A stretch of DNA of 52,297 nt from an uncultured Dehalococcoidales bacterium (GCA_964649185.1 CAZYOO010000004.1:1-52297); one strand, 5' to 3'. Positions 8,402 to 19,260 are shown, numbered from the stretch's first letter. Numbers and translations: made by a program. The notes: a model not told the origin generated them from the sequence alone.

Positions 8402-9571
8402 ATGGCGAACAGAGTAGCTATAGTAGGCATAGGACAGACGCATCACACCAGCCAAAGGAACGACGTAAACCAGCCGGAGATGGTGGGCGAGGCGGTCAGG
8501 GCAGCACTGGCCGACGCCAACCTGAGCATCAAGGACATCGAGTCCATGTTCTTCGGCAATATGGAGACCTTCGAGGGCATATTCCTGCCCGACCACGGGA
8601 TGGCTGCCGAGGTCGGGGCCATCGGAAAGCCGGGGTTCAAGGTCAACACCGGCGGCACCACCGGCGGCTCGGTGGTCGTCGAAGCCTTCAGCATGGTGGC
8701 CTCCGGCCTCTTCGATGTGGCCATGGCCATCGGTTTCGAGAAGCAGGACTGTGGCGACACTACCGCAGCCATAACCGCAGCCGCCGTGCCGAACTGGGCC
8801 AAGGGGGCCGCCACCGGCGCCATCGGCGAGTTCGCCAAGCAGGCGCTGGCCTATATGAAGACCTCCGGGGCCAAGGAGGAGCACGCCGCTATGGTGCGGC
8901 TCAAGGCCGACAAGGGCGCCTGCCGCAACGAAAATGCCCACCTGCGTTTGGGGCTGAAGAGCATCGACGAGGTGATGCAGTCGCCCTATCTGGTATGGCC
9001 GCTGAGGCTGATGGACTTCTGTCCCCAGTCCTGCGGCGCCTGCGTGCTGATACTGGCCTCGGAGAAGAAGGCCAGGAAGATCCACAAGAAGCCGGTCTGG
9101 CTGGTTGATTACGAGGTGGTGCACCAGGAGCCGTTCCGCGCCGGAGTGTTCGGCGACCCCACCGGTGAGGAGACCTACACCCAGCACGTGGCCTGCGAGA
9201 AGATATACAAGCGTAACAATATAACCGATGTGAGGAAGCAGGTAGACCTGGCGGAGATCTACGAGCCTTCCAACTGGGAGGAGATGAACCTCTATGAGCA
9301 CCTCCACTTCTGCGGCGATGGTGAAGGGTGGAAGCTCATCGAGAAGGGGATAACCGAGATAGAGGGCGAGTTCCCGGTGAACTGCTCCGGCGGCGTGATA
9401 GCCACCAACCCCATCGGCGCCACCCCCGTCATCCGCGTCGCTGAAGCCGCGCTCCAGGTCCGGGGCGATGCCGGCGAGCATCAGGCCACGCGGGACGTCA
9501 AGACGGCCATCGCCACCGCCCTCGGTGGCCCCAACTGGACGGCGATGTTCCTGCTCAAGAGGTCGGTATAG
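8402..9571 (+). CDS. thiolase-fold protein lacking canonical Cys/His (paralogue B)
   Basis: Carries 'RVAIVGIGQTHH', 'AMAIGFEKQ' and 'VNCSGGVIAT'. 'NTGGTTGG' replaces 'NACGSG' and 'TNPIGATP' replaces 'GHPIGASG'. A GGAGGAAG SD is present. Confidence 0.85.
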   Translation: MANRVAIVGIGQTHHTSQRNDVNQPEMVGEAVRAALADANLSIKDIESMFFGNMETFEGIFLPDHGMAAEVGAIGKPGFKVNTGGTTGGSVVVEAFSMVASGLFDVAMAIGFEKQDCGDTTAAITAAAVPNWAKGAATGAIGEFAKQALAYMKTSGAKEEHAAMVRLKADKGACRNENAHLRLGLKSIDEVMQSPYLVWPLRLMDFCPQSCGACVLILASEKKARKIHKKPVWLVDYEVVHQEPFRAGVFGDPTGEETYTQHVACEKIYKRNNITDVRKQVDLAEIYEPSNWEEMNLYEHLHFCGDGEGWKLIEKGITEIEGEFPVNCSGGVIATNPIGATPVIRVAEAALQVRGDAGEHQATRDVKTAIATALGGPNWTAMFLLKRSV

Positions 9572-9582
9572 GAGGCAATGAT

Positions 9583-10059
9583 ATGGCGAAAGAACCGGAA
9601 TATATCCGCATAGCGTACAAAGCGCCACGGCCATACGACTGGTCAACGGGCAAGTACCTGGGCAAGGTCTATGCCGAGGCCAAGGAGAACAAGAAGCTGG
9701 TGGGGAACCGATGCCCCAAATGCCAGTACATCTGGCTGCCGCCGACGCCGGTCTGCCCCAAGTGCAAGGTGGACATGGGTTGGGACTGGGCCGAGCTGCC
9801 CCAGACGGGCACCGTTTACCAGTACACCTACCTTGTCTACCCGCTGTGGGACCCGCACTACGGGGAGAAGTGGGCCAACCCCTACCCTTCGGCCACCATC
9901 CTGCTGGACAACGGCACCTTCTACCGCCATTTCCTGGAAGAGAAGGACCGGGAGAAGCTGAAGGAGGGGATGCGGGTGCAGGCAGTGTGGAAAGAGGACT
10001 ACAACGAGCGCGGACAGGGCGTGCAGGACATACTTTACTTCAGGACTATCGAGGAGTAG
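9583..10059 (+). CDS. DUF35 family Zn-ribbon/OB-fold protein (paralogue A)
   Basis: 'CPKCQYIWLPPTPVCPKC' four-Cys ribbon followed by an OB-like 'GTVYQYTYL...MRVQAVW' segment. Confidence 0.85.
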   Translation: MAKEPEYIRIAYKAPRPYDWSTGKYLGKVYAEAKENKKLVGNRCPKCQYIWLPPTPVCPKCKVDMGWDWAELPQTGTVYQYTYLVYPLWDPHYGEKWANPYPSATILLDNGTFYRHFLEEKDREKLKEGMRVQAVWKEDYNERGQGVQDILYFRTIEE

Positions 10060-10071
10060 GAGGGCAAAGAG

Positions 10072-10551
10072 ATGCAGATGGTAACCGAGAAACTGGAAGG
10101 CATGGACGTCTGGCTGTACCACGGCCAGATATATATACCGAACACGTATTCCGCCGGCGCGGTGGGAAGCAGGTTCCTGACGACATTGAGGGACAAAGGG
10201 ATGATCCTTGGCATGCGTTGTTCCAAATGCAACCGCGTCTATGTCCCCGCCAGGTCGGTCTGTACGGAATGCTTCGCCCAGATCGATGAATGGGTGGAGG
10301 TCGGCGACAAGGGCACCGTGCTGACATATTCCATCGACTACGAGACCAAGCCTGTAATGCAGCCGGTGGAACCCCCGGTCGTGTACGCGGTAATACAACT
10401 GGACGGCGCCGACAGCGGGTTCGCGCACATGCTGGGCGAGGTCGAACCGGAGAAGCTTTCGATCGGCATGAGGGTTCAGGCGGTCTTCAAGCCCAAGAGA
10501 GAGCGTGTAGCCAGCATCCTGGACATCAGGTACTTCAAACCTATATCCTAG
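10072..10551 (+). CDS. DUF35 family Zn-ribbon/OB-fold protein (paralogue B)
   Basis: 'CSKCNRVYVPARSVCTEC' ribbon followed by 'GTVLTYSI...MRVQAVFKP'. Confidence 0.85.
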   Translation: MQMVTEKLEGMDVWLYHGQIYIPNTYSAGAVGSRFLTTLRDKGMILGMRCSKCNRVYVPARSVCTECFAQIDEWVEVGDKGTVLTYSIDYETKPVMQPVEPPVVYAVIQLDGADSGFAHMLGEVEPEKLSIGMRVQAVFKPKRERVASILDIRYFKPIS

Positions 10552-10737
10552 TTCTACACGGATGCTCCAGTTGCCCGTACGCCCTCCCGGCATCGATTTT
10601 CAGTTGTTGCCGCCATCCCGTTGATGGTCCGATACCGGTTTTAAGCCATCCTATCTTCTCACCGTTAGAATCCAGCGATGACCGCTACCCCCATGGAGAC
10701 GGTCTCCGCGTATTCCTGGCTCGACACCGCAAACGTA

Positions 10738-10802
10738 TTGACAAAGTTTTTCACCGCATATATTATTCTATTGTATTTTTTTAATGTATGTTATGCTATA
10801 AT
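10738..10802 (+). promoter_or_regulatory. AT-rich promoter region upstream of the multi-PAS kinase (two candidate promoters)
   Basis: First candidate: TTGACA (10738-10743), 17-nt spacer, TATTAT (10761-10766). Second candidate: an extended -10, TGcTATAAT, ending at 10802. Confidence 0.4.
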
Positions 10803-10870
10803 ATGCTATGATGATACTGTTCACCGTCCGCATCTAAGCCCCCGGACAGTATCACCAGGAGGGTGTGGAG

Positions 10871-13800
10871 ATGAGCACAATAAAGGGCAACCAGAAACGT
10901 CGCCGTTCCAGCAGCAAGGCTCAAGACAGTGTAGCTGCTACAACAGGGGAATATAAGGACCCCGGCCAGGCCCTGCTGCAAGCTATCGAGCCGCTGCGCC
11001 CCCTGCTAAACATGATCAAGGATGCTATTGTCATCTCCGACATGCAGGGCACCATAATGGAAGTAAACGATAAGGCGCTGCAGATCAGTAAGTGCAGCAG
11101 AAAGGATTTCATCGGGCGAAATGCTATCGAAATCATCGCCGATAAAGACCGTCAGGCCGCAATAGACAGCCTGATGAAACAGATGGAAGGCGGCACTCCG
11201 GAGATGACGGAATGCACCTTTGTCGCAACGGACGGCTCCGAGATAGAGGTGGACTTCAGCTCTTCCTTCATCAACGACAGCTCTGGTAAACCCGTGGGTA
11301 CCATCACCATCTGCAGGGATATCACCCAGCGCAAACGGATGGAGGCGGACCTGGAGAAAGCGGCGGAGAAGCTGCAGATCATCATTGAGTCCATCGGGGA
11401 CATGCTCTTCATCACCGATCTCGATCTCAACATCGTCAATGTGAATGAGGCCGCCCTTCGTGCGCTGGGCTACGGCAGTGAGGACGAGCTGGTCGGCAAG
11501 AGCGCCACAGCCCCAATCGCGGAAAAGGACCGCGCCCGGATCACAGTTTACATGGGCAAGGCCCTAGCGGGGAAGGAGAGTGGCCACACCACGGAATACA
11601 CCCTGGTATCCTCCGACGGTAAGGAGTTCGATGTGGAGGCCAACACCGAGATATTGCACGACTGCACCGGCATGACGGTGGGCCTGATCATCACCGCACG
11701 CGATATAAGTGAGCGCAAACGCATGCAGGAAGAGATTAAAAAATCCGCAGAGAAACTCAACTCCGTACTAGAGTCTATGAGTGATGGCGTCATTGTCCTC
11801 GATATATTCGGCAATATCACCGATGCGAATGATACCGCGGTCCACATGTTCGAGTACAGCAGTAAGCAAGAACTCATCGGTAAAAACGCCATGGACACCA
11901 TCACCGAGCGAGACCGCCAGAAGTGCGCCGACGCCATATCACAATCGTTGGAGACGGGGAAGACCCCCGGCGTATTGGAATTCGCGATGGCAACCTCGAC
12001 CGGGAGGGAGTTCGATGCTGAACTGGCAACCTCTATTCTGCATGATAGTCAAGGCAACCTCACCGGCTTTGTCGGCGTTATCAGAAACATAACCGAGCGC
12101 AAGCGCATGCAGGCTGAGCTGGAGAAATCGGCGGAGAAGCTGCGCACCGTTATCGAGTCCATCGGTGATATGCTTTTCATCACCGATATGGACCTTAAGT
12201 TGACCAATGTAAACGATGCCGCCGCCCGCCTGCTGGGTTATGCCGACAGGGAGGAGATGATAGGTAAAAATGCCCTGGACCCAGTGGTTGCAAAGGACCG
12301 CGCCAGGGTCGCCGTCGATATGGCCAAGGCGCTCAGCGGCCAGGACGGCTCCGAGATAATGGAGTACACCATGCTCTCCGCAGGCGGCACGGAGCTGGAA
12401 GTGGAGTCGAATACCGAGATACTGAGAGACTGCTCAGGGCAGACCGTCGGCCTCATCATCACCACCCGTGACGTCACCGAGCGCAGGCGCATGCAGGAGG
12501 CGGTGAGGGCATCGGAGGAGAAGCTACGCACCATGTTCAACTCCATAAAAGACGGCATCGTCGTTACCGACACGATGGGCAGTATCATAGAAGGCAATGA
12601 CGCGGCATTCCACATGGCCGGATATGACAGCCTGGAAGAGATCAGCGGCAAGAATCCGGTTGAATTTATATCAGAGAGGGACCGCCCCAGTCTGGTGGAA
12701 GAGCTGACCAAGTTCCTGGAGACAGGACAGGCTGCCGAGCACCTGGAGTACACCATGATTAAAAAGGACGGGGCTGAGTTCGATATAGAACTGAATATCT
12801 CCGCCCTGCATGATGCCGGTGGCAACATAACCGGTTTCATCGCGGTGGAGCGCGATATCACCGAGCGCAAGCGCATGCAGGAGGAGCTGCGAAAGACCGC
12901 GGAGAAGATGCGCATCATGTTTGATTCCATCAAGGATGCGGTCATCGTCTCTGACATGAGCGGGGCAATCCTGGAAGTGAACGATGCGGCGCTCCAGATA
13001 AGCGGCTGGACCAGGGAGGAATTCGCCGGCAAGAATGCGGTAGAGGTTTTGGCAGAGAAGGACCGCGCCGCTGCCGTAGAGAGCATCATGAAGCAGGCTG
13101 AAGGCGAACTGGCCATGGAGTCGGCGGAGTGCACTTTCATTCTGAGTGAAGGCAAGGAGCTTGAAGTGGACTTCACTGCTGCCCTGATGAGGGATGCAGA
13201 AGGTAATCCAATAGGGACGGTGACCGTAGCCAGGGACATCACCGAGCGTAAACGCATGCAGGAGGAGCTGCTCAAGACCGCGGAGAAGCTGCGCATCATG
13301 TTCGAGACCATAGGTGATATGTTCATCCTTACCGATATGGAACTGAACATCGTGAACGTTAACGAGGCAGCGGCCCGCCTGCTGGGCTACAAGCACGAGG
13401 AGGAACTGGCCGGCAAGGCCGTCGCCGATTTCATACTTGAAAAGACCCGTGACACTGCAGTGAAAACCATGAAAAAGACCCTCAAGACCAAAGAGGGCAG
13501 CGGCACGTCGACAGTGGAGTTCAAGTTCGTCTCCGCAGAGGGAAATGAATTCGACGTCGAGGCCACCACCGACCTGCTCCGCGACTGCTCCGGCAAGCCA
13601 TCAGGCCTCATCGTAACCGCCCGCGACGTAACCGAGCGTAAACAGATGCAGGAGGAACTGCGCAAGACGGTAGATAAGCTTAATATCCTGTTCGAGTCGA
13701 TAGCTGATGGTATTGTCGTCGCCGATATGAGCGGGACCATTATCGAGACCAACGAGGCCGCTGTCCGCATAGCTGGTTTCGGCAGCAAAGATGAGGTCCT

Positions 13801-16696
13801 CGGCAGGAATGGCCTCGATTTCATCGCTGAAGAGGACCGGGAGCGGGTGGCTAACGACCTAGCCAAGGCGCTGTTCGAAGGCTCGCCCGTCAGCATATCG
13901 CAGTATTCGATCAATTCAGCCGACGGCCGCAAGATAGACCTGGAAGTTCATACCTCCATGATGCGCGATGGCGAGAACAACCCGGTGGGCTTCATAGTGG
14001 TGGAACGGGACATCACCGAGCGCAAGCAGATGCAGGAGGAGATCCGCAACACCGCAGAGAAGCTGCGGGTGATTTTCGAGGCTATCAAAGACGGCGTCAT
14101 CCTCATCGATACCGAGGGCAAGGTCGTTGACGTTAACCCGGGTGTCCTCCGTCTGGCGGGGTTCGACAGCAAGGATGAGCTCATCGGCATTGACGCCATG
14201 CAGTTCATCCCTGAAGCAGAGCGTGAGCAAGTGATAAACGAGATGATGAAATCGCTGGCGGAAGGCACCGCTATTGAAAACGTCGAGTACAAGCTTTTGC
14301 GCAAGGACGGCAGCACCTTCGACTGCGAGATGAGCACCGCCATGTTGAAGGATGCCGACGGGAACCCCACAGGGTTCGTGGCCGTGGAACGGGACGTCAC
14401 CGAGCGCAAGCGCATGCAGGAAGAACTGCGCAAGACGGCGGAGAAGCTGCGCATTATGTTCGAGACCATCGGTGACATGTTCGTCCTCACCGACATGGAG
14501 CTGAACATCATCAACGCCAACGAGGCTGCCGCCCGGCTGCTGGGCTACAGCAGCAACGTGGAACTCGCCGGCAAAAGCGTCACCGAGCTCATCGCGGGCA
14601 AGGACCGTGCTGCGGCCACCAAAGCCATGAAAAAGACCCTTGCCACAAAGACCGGGAGCGGGACATCTAACCTAGAGTGTACACTCATAACTACCTCAGG
14701 GAAAGAGTTCTATGTAGAGGCCACCACCGACCTCCTCCGCGACTGCTCCGGCATGCCGTCCGGGCTCATCATCACCGCCCGCGACGTTACTGAGGGCAAG
14801 CGCATGATTCAAGCGTTACGCGACTCCGAAGAGAAGAAGCGCCTCATATTCGAGGCGCTCAGGGACGGGATCATGGTCGTCGACCTGCAGGGCGTTGTAA
14901 TAGAGACGAATCCAATAGCGGCCAGCATGCTTGGATATACAAAGGGTGAGCTCATAGGCAAGAGCACCCTCGATTTCGTTGCCAAAGAGGATCAGGAGAA
15001 AGCCATCGAGAATGCTATCAAGCTGGTTAGCGTCGGCGTGGCCGATGACTACATCGACTACTCCACGCTGAAGCTGGTGAAAAAGGACGGCGGCCTGACT
15101 GAAGTCGAACACAGCACCGGCCTGATGCGTGACAGCAGCGGCAAACCGGTCGCCGTCATCGGCATATCACACGATATCACCGAACGCAGGCGCATGGAGA
15201 AGGAGTTGATAGAATCCGCGGAGAAGCTTAAGAGCATATTCGCGTCGATCAAGGACCCGGTCATCATCTCCGATATGTCGGGAACTATACTGGACGTCAA
15301 CGATGCGGCGCTCCGCGTCAGCGGCTGGCCCAGGGAGAAGTGGGTCGGCACCAATGCACTGGAGGTCGTCCACGAGAAAGACCGCCAGGCGGTAGTGGAG
15401 AGCCTGATGAAACAGATGGAGGAGGGGCCCAGCGACGATCTGACGGAGTGCACCTTCGTCGTCGGCGATGGCCGAGAGCTGGAGGTAGACTTCAGCTCCT
15501 CTTTGATACACGATAGCTCCGGCCAGCCCATCGGCACCGTCACCGTGGCGCGGGACATCACCGAGCGCAAGCGTGCTGAGAGAGCGATACGGGAGTCCGA
15601 GGAGAAGCTGCGCGCCATGTTTGACTCCGTAAGGGACGGCATACTGGTCATCGACCTCGAGGGCAATTTCAGGGAATTCAACGAAGCGACGATGAACATG
15701 ACCGGATACAGCAGGGAGGAACTGGCTGGCAAGAGCGCTTTAGATTTCATCGTGGAGGAAGACCGCGAGAAGGTCGTGGCCGACCTGAGCCAGACCCTGA
15801 CCGACAAGCATACCCAGACGCTGACATCATATCGGCTGCTGGCCAAGGGAAACCGGGGCTTCGACGCCGAACTCAGCAGCGGCATGATGCTCGACAGCGA
15901 GGGCAATCCCACCGCCCTCATCGGGATCATGAGAGATGTAACCGAGCGCAAACGGATGGAGGAGAAACTGGTCAAGATCAAGGAGGATCTGGAGCGCTCC
16001 AACCGGGAGCTGGAGCAGTTCGCCTACGTGGCATCGCATGACCTGCAGGAGCCGCTGCGCATGGTATCCAGCTACCTGAAGCTGCTGGAGCGGCGCTCAA
16101 AGGACAAGCTCGACTCCGAGGCGCAGGAATTCATCGACTTCGCCGTGGACGGGTCAACCCGCATGGCGGCCATGATCCAGGCACTGCTGACATATTCGCG
16201 AGTCGGTACGCGCGGGAAACCCTTCGAACCCACCGAATCTGAGGATATCCTCCGCAAAGCGCTATCGAACCTGCAGATAGCCATCGAGGAGAAGGGCGCG
16301 GTGGTGACCCATGACCCGCTGCCTACCATCGTTGCCGACAGCACCCAGATGCTCCAACTGTTCCAGAACCTGATCGGCAACGGCCTCAAGTTCCAGGACA
16401 ACAAGCGGCCGGAGGTCCACGTCTCGGTGGAAGACCGGGGCGAGGACTGGGTCTTCTCCTTCCGCGATAACGGGATCGGGATCGATCCTAAATACAAGGA
16501 GCGCATATTCGTCATCTTCGAGCGGCTGCACGGCAAGGGCGAGTACAAGGGCACCGGCATCGGGCTTGCGGTGTGCAAGAAGATAGTGGAACGCCACGGT
16601 GGGCGGATATGGGTGGATTCAACGCCAGGCAACGGCGCAACGTTCTATTTCACAATGCCCAAGGAGAGAAAGGAGTCCGACGATGCAGGGAAATGA
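10871..16696 (+). CDS. soluble sensor histidine kinase with 13 tandem PAS domains, HisKA and HATPase_c
   Basis: Thirteen ~125-130-aa PAS units are each closed by an 'RD(I/V)[15 protein letters not shown]' linker. These are followed by '[18 protein letters not shown]' (H-box) and by N/G boxes ('NLIGNGLKF', 'DNGIGI', 'GTGIGLA'). I see no hydrophobic TM segment. ATG 10871 lies 7 nt after AGGAGGG; the ORF opens at GTG 10865. Confidence 0.9.
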   Translation: MSTIKGNQKRRRSSSKAQDSVAATTGEYKDPGQALLQAIEPLRPLLNMIKDAIVISDMQGTIMEVNDKALQISKCSRKDFIGRNAIEIIADKDRQAAIDSLMKQMEGGTPEMTECTFVATDGSEIEVDFSSSFINDSSGKPVGTITICRDITQRKRMEADLEKAAEKLQIIIESIGDMLFITDLDLNIVNVNEAALRALGYGSEDELVGKSATAPIAEKDRARITVYMGKALAGKESGHTTEYTLVSSDGKEFDVEANTEILHDCTGMTVGLIITARDISERKRMQEEIKKSAEKLNSVLESMSDGVIVLDIFGNITDANDTAVHMFEYSSKQELIGKNAMDTITERDRQKCADAISQSLETGKTPGVLEFAMATSTGREFDAELATSILHDSQGNLTGFVGVIRNITERKRMQAELEKSAEKLRTVIESIGDMLFITDMDLKLTNVNDAAARLLGYADREEMIGKNALDPVVAKDRARVAVDMAKALSGQDGSEIMEYTMLSAGGTELEVESNTEILRDCSGQTVGLIITTRDVTERRRMQEAVRASEEKLRTMFNSIKDGIVVTDTMGSIIEGNDAAFHMAGYDSLEEISGKNPVEFISERDRPSLVEELTKFLETGQAAEHLEYTMIKKDGAEFDIELNISALHDAGGNITGFIAVERDITERKRMQEELRKTAEKMRIMFDSIKDAVIVSDMSGAILEVNDAALQISGWTREEFAGKNAVEVLAEKDRAAAVESIMKQAEGELAMESAECTFILSEGKELEVDFTAALMRDAEGNPIGTVTVARDITERKRMQEELLKTAEKLRIMFETIGDMFILTDMELNIVNVNEAAARLLGYKHEEELAGKAVADFILEKTRDTAVKTMKKTLKTKEGSGTSTVEFKFVSAEGNEFDVEATTDLLRDCSGKPSGLIVTARDVTERKQMQEELRKTVDKLNILFESIADGIVVADMSGTIIETNEAAVRIAGFGSKDEVLGRNGLDFIAEEDRERVANDLAKALFEGSPVSISQYSINSADGRKIDLEVHTSMMRDGENNPVGFIVVERDITERKQMQEEIRNTAEKLRVIFEAIKDGVILIDTEGKVVDVNPGVLRLAGFDSKDELIGIDAMQFIPEAEREQVINEMMKSLAEGTAIENVEYKLLRKDGSTFDCEMSTAMLKDADGNPTGFVAVERDVTERKRMQEELRKTAEKLRIMFETIGDMFVLTDMELNIINANEAAARLLGYSSNVELAGKSVTELIAGKDRAAATKAMKKTLATKTGSGTSNLECTLITTSGKEFYVEATTDLLRDCSGMPSGLIITARDVTEGKRMIQALRDSEEKKRLIFEALRDGIMVVDLQGVVIETNPIAASMLGYTKGELIGKSTLDFVAKEDQEKAIENAIKLVSVGVADDYIDYSTLKLVKKDGGLTEVEHSTGLMRDSSGKPVAVIGISHDITERRRMEKELIESAEKLKSIFASIKDPVIISDMSGTILDVNDAALRVSGWPREKWVGTNALEVVHEKDRQAVVESLMKQMEEGPSDDLTECTFVVGDGRELEVDFSSSLIHDSSGQPIGTVTVARDITERKRAERAIRESEEKLRAMFDSVRDGILVIDLEGNFREFNEATMNMTGYSREELAGKSALDFIVEEDREKVVADLSQTLTDKHTQTLTSYRLLAKGNRGFDAELSSGMMLDSEGNPTALIGIMRDVTERKRMEEKLVKIKEDLERSNRELEQFAYVASHDLQEPLRMVSSYLKLLERRSKDKLDSEAQEFIDFAVDGSTRMAAMIQALLTYSRVGTRGKPFEPTESEDILRKALSNLQIAIEEKGAVVTHDPLPTIVADSTQMLQLFQNLIGNGLKFQDNKRPEVHVSVEDRGEDWVFSFRDNGIGIDPKYKERIFVIFERLHGKGEYKGTGIGLAVCKKIVERHGGRIWVDSTPGNGATFYFTMPKERKESDDAGK
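10985..15965 (+). repeat. in-frame tandem array of 13 PAS-coding modules (period 372-390 nt)
   Basis: The linker motif recurs near 11326, 11698, 12083, 12467, 12851, 13232, 13621, 14007, 14390, 14779, 15170, 15551 and 15932. Confidence 0.85.
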
Positions 16697-17129
16697 GAGG
16701 GGCAGCGCCGTTAAAATCCTGCTGGTCGAGGACAACCCCGGCGATGTCCGCCTTACGCAGGAGGCGCTCAAGGAGAGCAAGATGCTCAACGAACTCTATG
16801 TGGCCGAGGACGGGGTCGAAGCCCTGGAATTTCTCAACCGTGAGGGCAAGTATTCCGACGCGCCACATCCCGACCTTATCCTGCTCGATCTGAACCTGCC
16901 GAAGAAGGACGGCAGGGAGCTGCTGGAAGAGATCAAGGCTGACGAAAAGCTCATGCGCATCCCGGTAGTGGTGCTCACCACCTCCAAGGCGCAAGAGGAC
17001 ATCTACCGCATGTATGAACAGCACGCCAACTGCTATATCACCAAGCCCATCGACCTGGACCAGTTCATCGAGGTGGTAAAGTCCATCGATAACTTCTGGC
17101 TGACCATCGTGAAACTCCCCCCTGAATAA
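16683..17129 (+). CDS. stand-alone response regulator receiver (CheY/Rcp1-like, no output domain)
   Basis: Carries '[12 protein letters not shown]', '[15 protein letters not shown]' (phospho-Asp) and 'VVVLTTS...YITKP'. ATG 16683 follows AAGGAG and overlaps the kinase stop by 14 nt. Confidence 0.9.
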   Translation: MQGNERGSAVKILLVEDNPGDVRLTQEALKESKMLNELYVAEDGVEALEFLNREGKYSDAPHPDLILLDLNLPKKDGRELLEEIKADEKLMRIPVVVLTTSKAQEDIYRMYEQHANCYITKPIDLDQFIEVVKSIDNFWLTIVKLPPE

Positions 17130-17261
17130 ACTCGATATCATCAGCATGGTACTCTGCACAGCTTCCACAAAGAAGGAAATGGAACGCGATATCTATCGCA
17201 TCTGCCGCTGCCTGATATCGCACAACTGCCATATGCAGCGATGGTCATCTCGGTTGACCAC

Positions 17262-17290
17262 CGCTCTCGGATACTGTAGACTAGGATTGC
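17262..17290 (+). promoter_or_regulatory. candidate promoter of the OYE/acyl-CoA synthetase unit
   Basis: TTGACC (17262-17267), 17-nt spacer, TAGACT (17285-17290). Confidence 0.4.
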
Positions 17291-17318
17291 CCTCCAGAAT
17301 CACCTAAAAGGGACTCGA

Positions 17319-19244
17319 ATGGATAAATTCGCCGCGATATTCCAGCCCGGCAGCATTGGCAGCCTGAAGCTCGAAAACAGGCTCATCATGAACGCCATGG
17401 GCACCGTGCTCACCGACGGGCAGAGCAACCCCACCCAGCGTACATACGACTACTATGCGGCGAGGGCGCGCGGCGGGGCCGGCCTTATCACCACCCAGTG
17501 CATGGCGGTAAGCCGGGATGCGGCAACGCCGTGGGAGCTGGCCATCTACGATGACAGCTTCATCCCCGGCCTGAAAAACATTGCCGAAACCATCCACCAG
17601 AACGGGAGCAAGGTCTCGGTTCAATTGATGCACTACGGCCTGCTGATCACGTTCGGCGGCTTCATCCCCGAGGGCATGACCGTCAAGGTGCCGTCGATAA
17701 CCTCCTGGCTCAAGCCCGGCAAGCCATATACCGAGATCAGCGAACAGGATATCGACCGCTACGTTGAGGATTTCGCCCAGGCGGCGCGACGGGTTAAACG
17801 GGCGGGCGCCGACGCTGTCGAGCTGCATGCCTGTCACGGCTGTCTGGTAAGCACCTTCATGTCCCCCATCACCAACCGCCGCACCGACCTCTACGGCGGC
17901 AGCGTTGAGAACCGGGCGCGTTTCGCCCGGCGCATCGTAGAGCGTATAAAGGAGGTCACCGGCAAAGGCTTCCCGCTGATAGTGAAGATCAACGCCACCG
18001 ACGATCTCGACGGCGGCATCACCATCGATGAGGCCATGCAACAAGCGCAGATACTGGAGCAGGCGGGCGCCGATGCCATCAGCGTATCCTCCGGGCTGGA
18101 GTTCTGGGCTTCACTGAGCATACCGCCCTATCCCTACCCGGAGGGGCCCATGGTGCCGCTGGCGGAGAAGATCAAAGAAGCGGTCTCAATACCGGTTTCC
18201 GTCGCCGGCAAGATCAGCCCCGAGCTGGGCGAGAGGTTGGTGAGCGACCACAGGATGGACTTCATCGGCATGGGGCGACCCCTGCTCGCCGACCCCGAAC
18301 TCCCCAATAAGCTCCGCGACGGACGAGTCGAGGAGGTCCGCTGGTGCGTGTACTGCAACAACTGCATCAGGACCGATCCCGGGCTTGGCCCCTGCTCGGT
18401 CAACCCCTCCCTGTACCGCGAAGGCAAGTATCCCTTCCCGCCTACAAACACCCCGAAGAAGGTGATGGTGGTCGGCGGCGGATTAGCCGGCATGCAGGCC
18501 GCACTGCTGCTGGCCCGGCGCGGACACTACGTGACCCTGTACGAGAGGAACAGCGAGCTGGGGGGGCAGTGGAACATAGCCGCATCTCAGCCGGGCAAGG
18601 AACACTATTCCCGGTTCACCACCTATCTCAAGCAGGCCCTATCCAAAGAGGGGGTCCCGGTTAAAATGGGAGTGGTCATCAACAGGGAGAAGGTCATCGA
18701 GCTTCAGCCTGATGCCGTGGTTATCGCTACCGGCGCTTCTCCCGCAGTCCTCAACATCCCCGGGGCCTCGGGACGGAACGTGGTGCAGGCCAACGATGTT
18801 ATCACCGGCAAGGCCAAGGCCACGGGCAAGGTGGTTGTCATCGGTGGGCGGTTCATCGGCATGGAGGTAGCTATAATGCTTGCCGAGCAGGGGCAAGCGG
18901 TAAGCCTGGCCACGCTGAGGGGGCTGGGGCAGAACGGGAGCAAGCTCGAGGGCATGACCTTCCGCAGCCTGGTGAGACGGCTCATCGAGCTGCGCGTCCC
19001 GCTGTACATCCACACCGCGGCGGTGGAGATCACCGACGACAAGGTGGTTATCGGCTGGGGGGACGATATCTTCAGCCTGCCCGCCGACACGGTCATCATG
19101 GCCGTCGGCGCCCGGCCCAACGACAGCCTCGCCCGCGAACTGGATGACGTCGTGCCCGAGGTCTACACCATCGGCGACTGTGATGCCCCCCGCGATGCGG
19201 CAGCCGCAACCTACCAGGCAGCCAGGCTGGCAGCCAAGATATGA
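17319..19244 (+). CDS. Old-Yellow-Enzyme family NADH:flavin oxidoreductase fused to FAD/NAD(P)-binding domain (2,4-dienoyl-CoA reductase / enoate reductase type)
   Basis: N-terminal OYE TIM barrel ('ELHACHGCLVSTFMSP'), a 'CVYCNNCI...C' 4Fe-4S motif, and a 'VMVVGGGLAGMQAAL' Rossmann motif. Confidence 0.9.
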   Translation: MDKFAAIFQPGSIGSLKLENRLIMNAMGTVLTDGQSNPTQRTYDYYAARARGGAGLITTQCMAVSRDAATPWELAIYDDSFIPGLKNIAETIHQNGSKVSVQLMHYGLLITFGGFIPEGMTVKVPSITSWLKPGKPYTEISEQDIDRYVEDFAQAARRVKRAGADAVELHACHGCLVSTFMSPITNRRTDLYGGSVENRARFARRIVERIKEVTGKGFPLIVKINATDDLDGGITIDEAMQQAQILEQAGADAISVSSGLEFWASLSIPPYPYPEGPMVPLAEKIKEAVSIPVSVAGKISPELGERLVSDHRMDFIGMGRPLLADPELPNKLRDGRVEEVRWCVYCNNCIRTDPGLGPCSVNPSLYREGKYPFPPTNTPKKVMVVGGGLAGMQAALLLARRGHYVTLYERNSELGGQWNIAASQPGKEHYSRFTTYLKQALSKEGVPVKMGVVINREKVIELQPDAVVIATGASPAVLNIPGASGRNVVQANDVITGKAKATGKVVVIGGRFIGMEVAIMLAEQGQAVSLATLRGLGQNGSKLEGMTFRSLVRRLIELRVPLYIHTAAVEITDDKVVIGWGDDIFSLPADTVIMAVGARPNDSLARELDDVVPEVYTIGDCDAPRDAAAATYQAARLAAKI

Positions 19245-19260
19245 ACTGAAATCCAGTGAA

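Noticed and set aside
8276-9646. 456-aa ORF on the minus strand
   Set aside because: It is antisense to thiolase-fold paralogue B, which has clear family motifs, and it has shadow-ORF composition.
12238-13350. 370-aa Ser-rich ORF and several similar minus-strand ORFs between 11152 and 16632
   Set aside because: They are antisense images of the PAS repeat array. Their periodic Ser/Met-rich sequence simply mirrors the sense-strand repeats.
11326-15961. Regularly spaced repeats that could suggest a CRISPR-like or satellite array
   Set aside because: The period is 372-390 nt, the repeats are in-frame codons of a PAS linker motif inside one continuous ORF, and the intervening units are homologous to each other. 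This is protein-domain repetition, not a CRISPR array.
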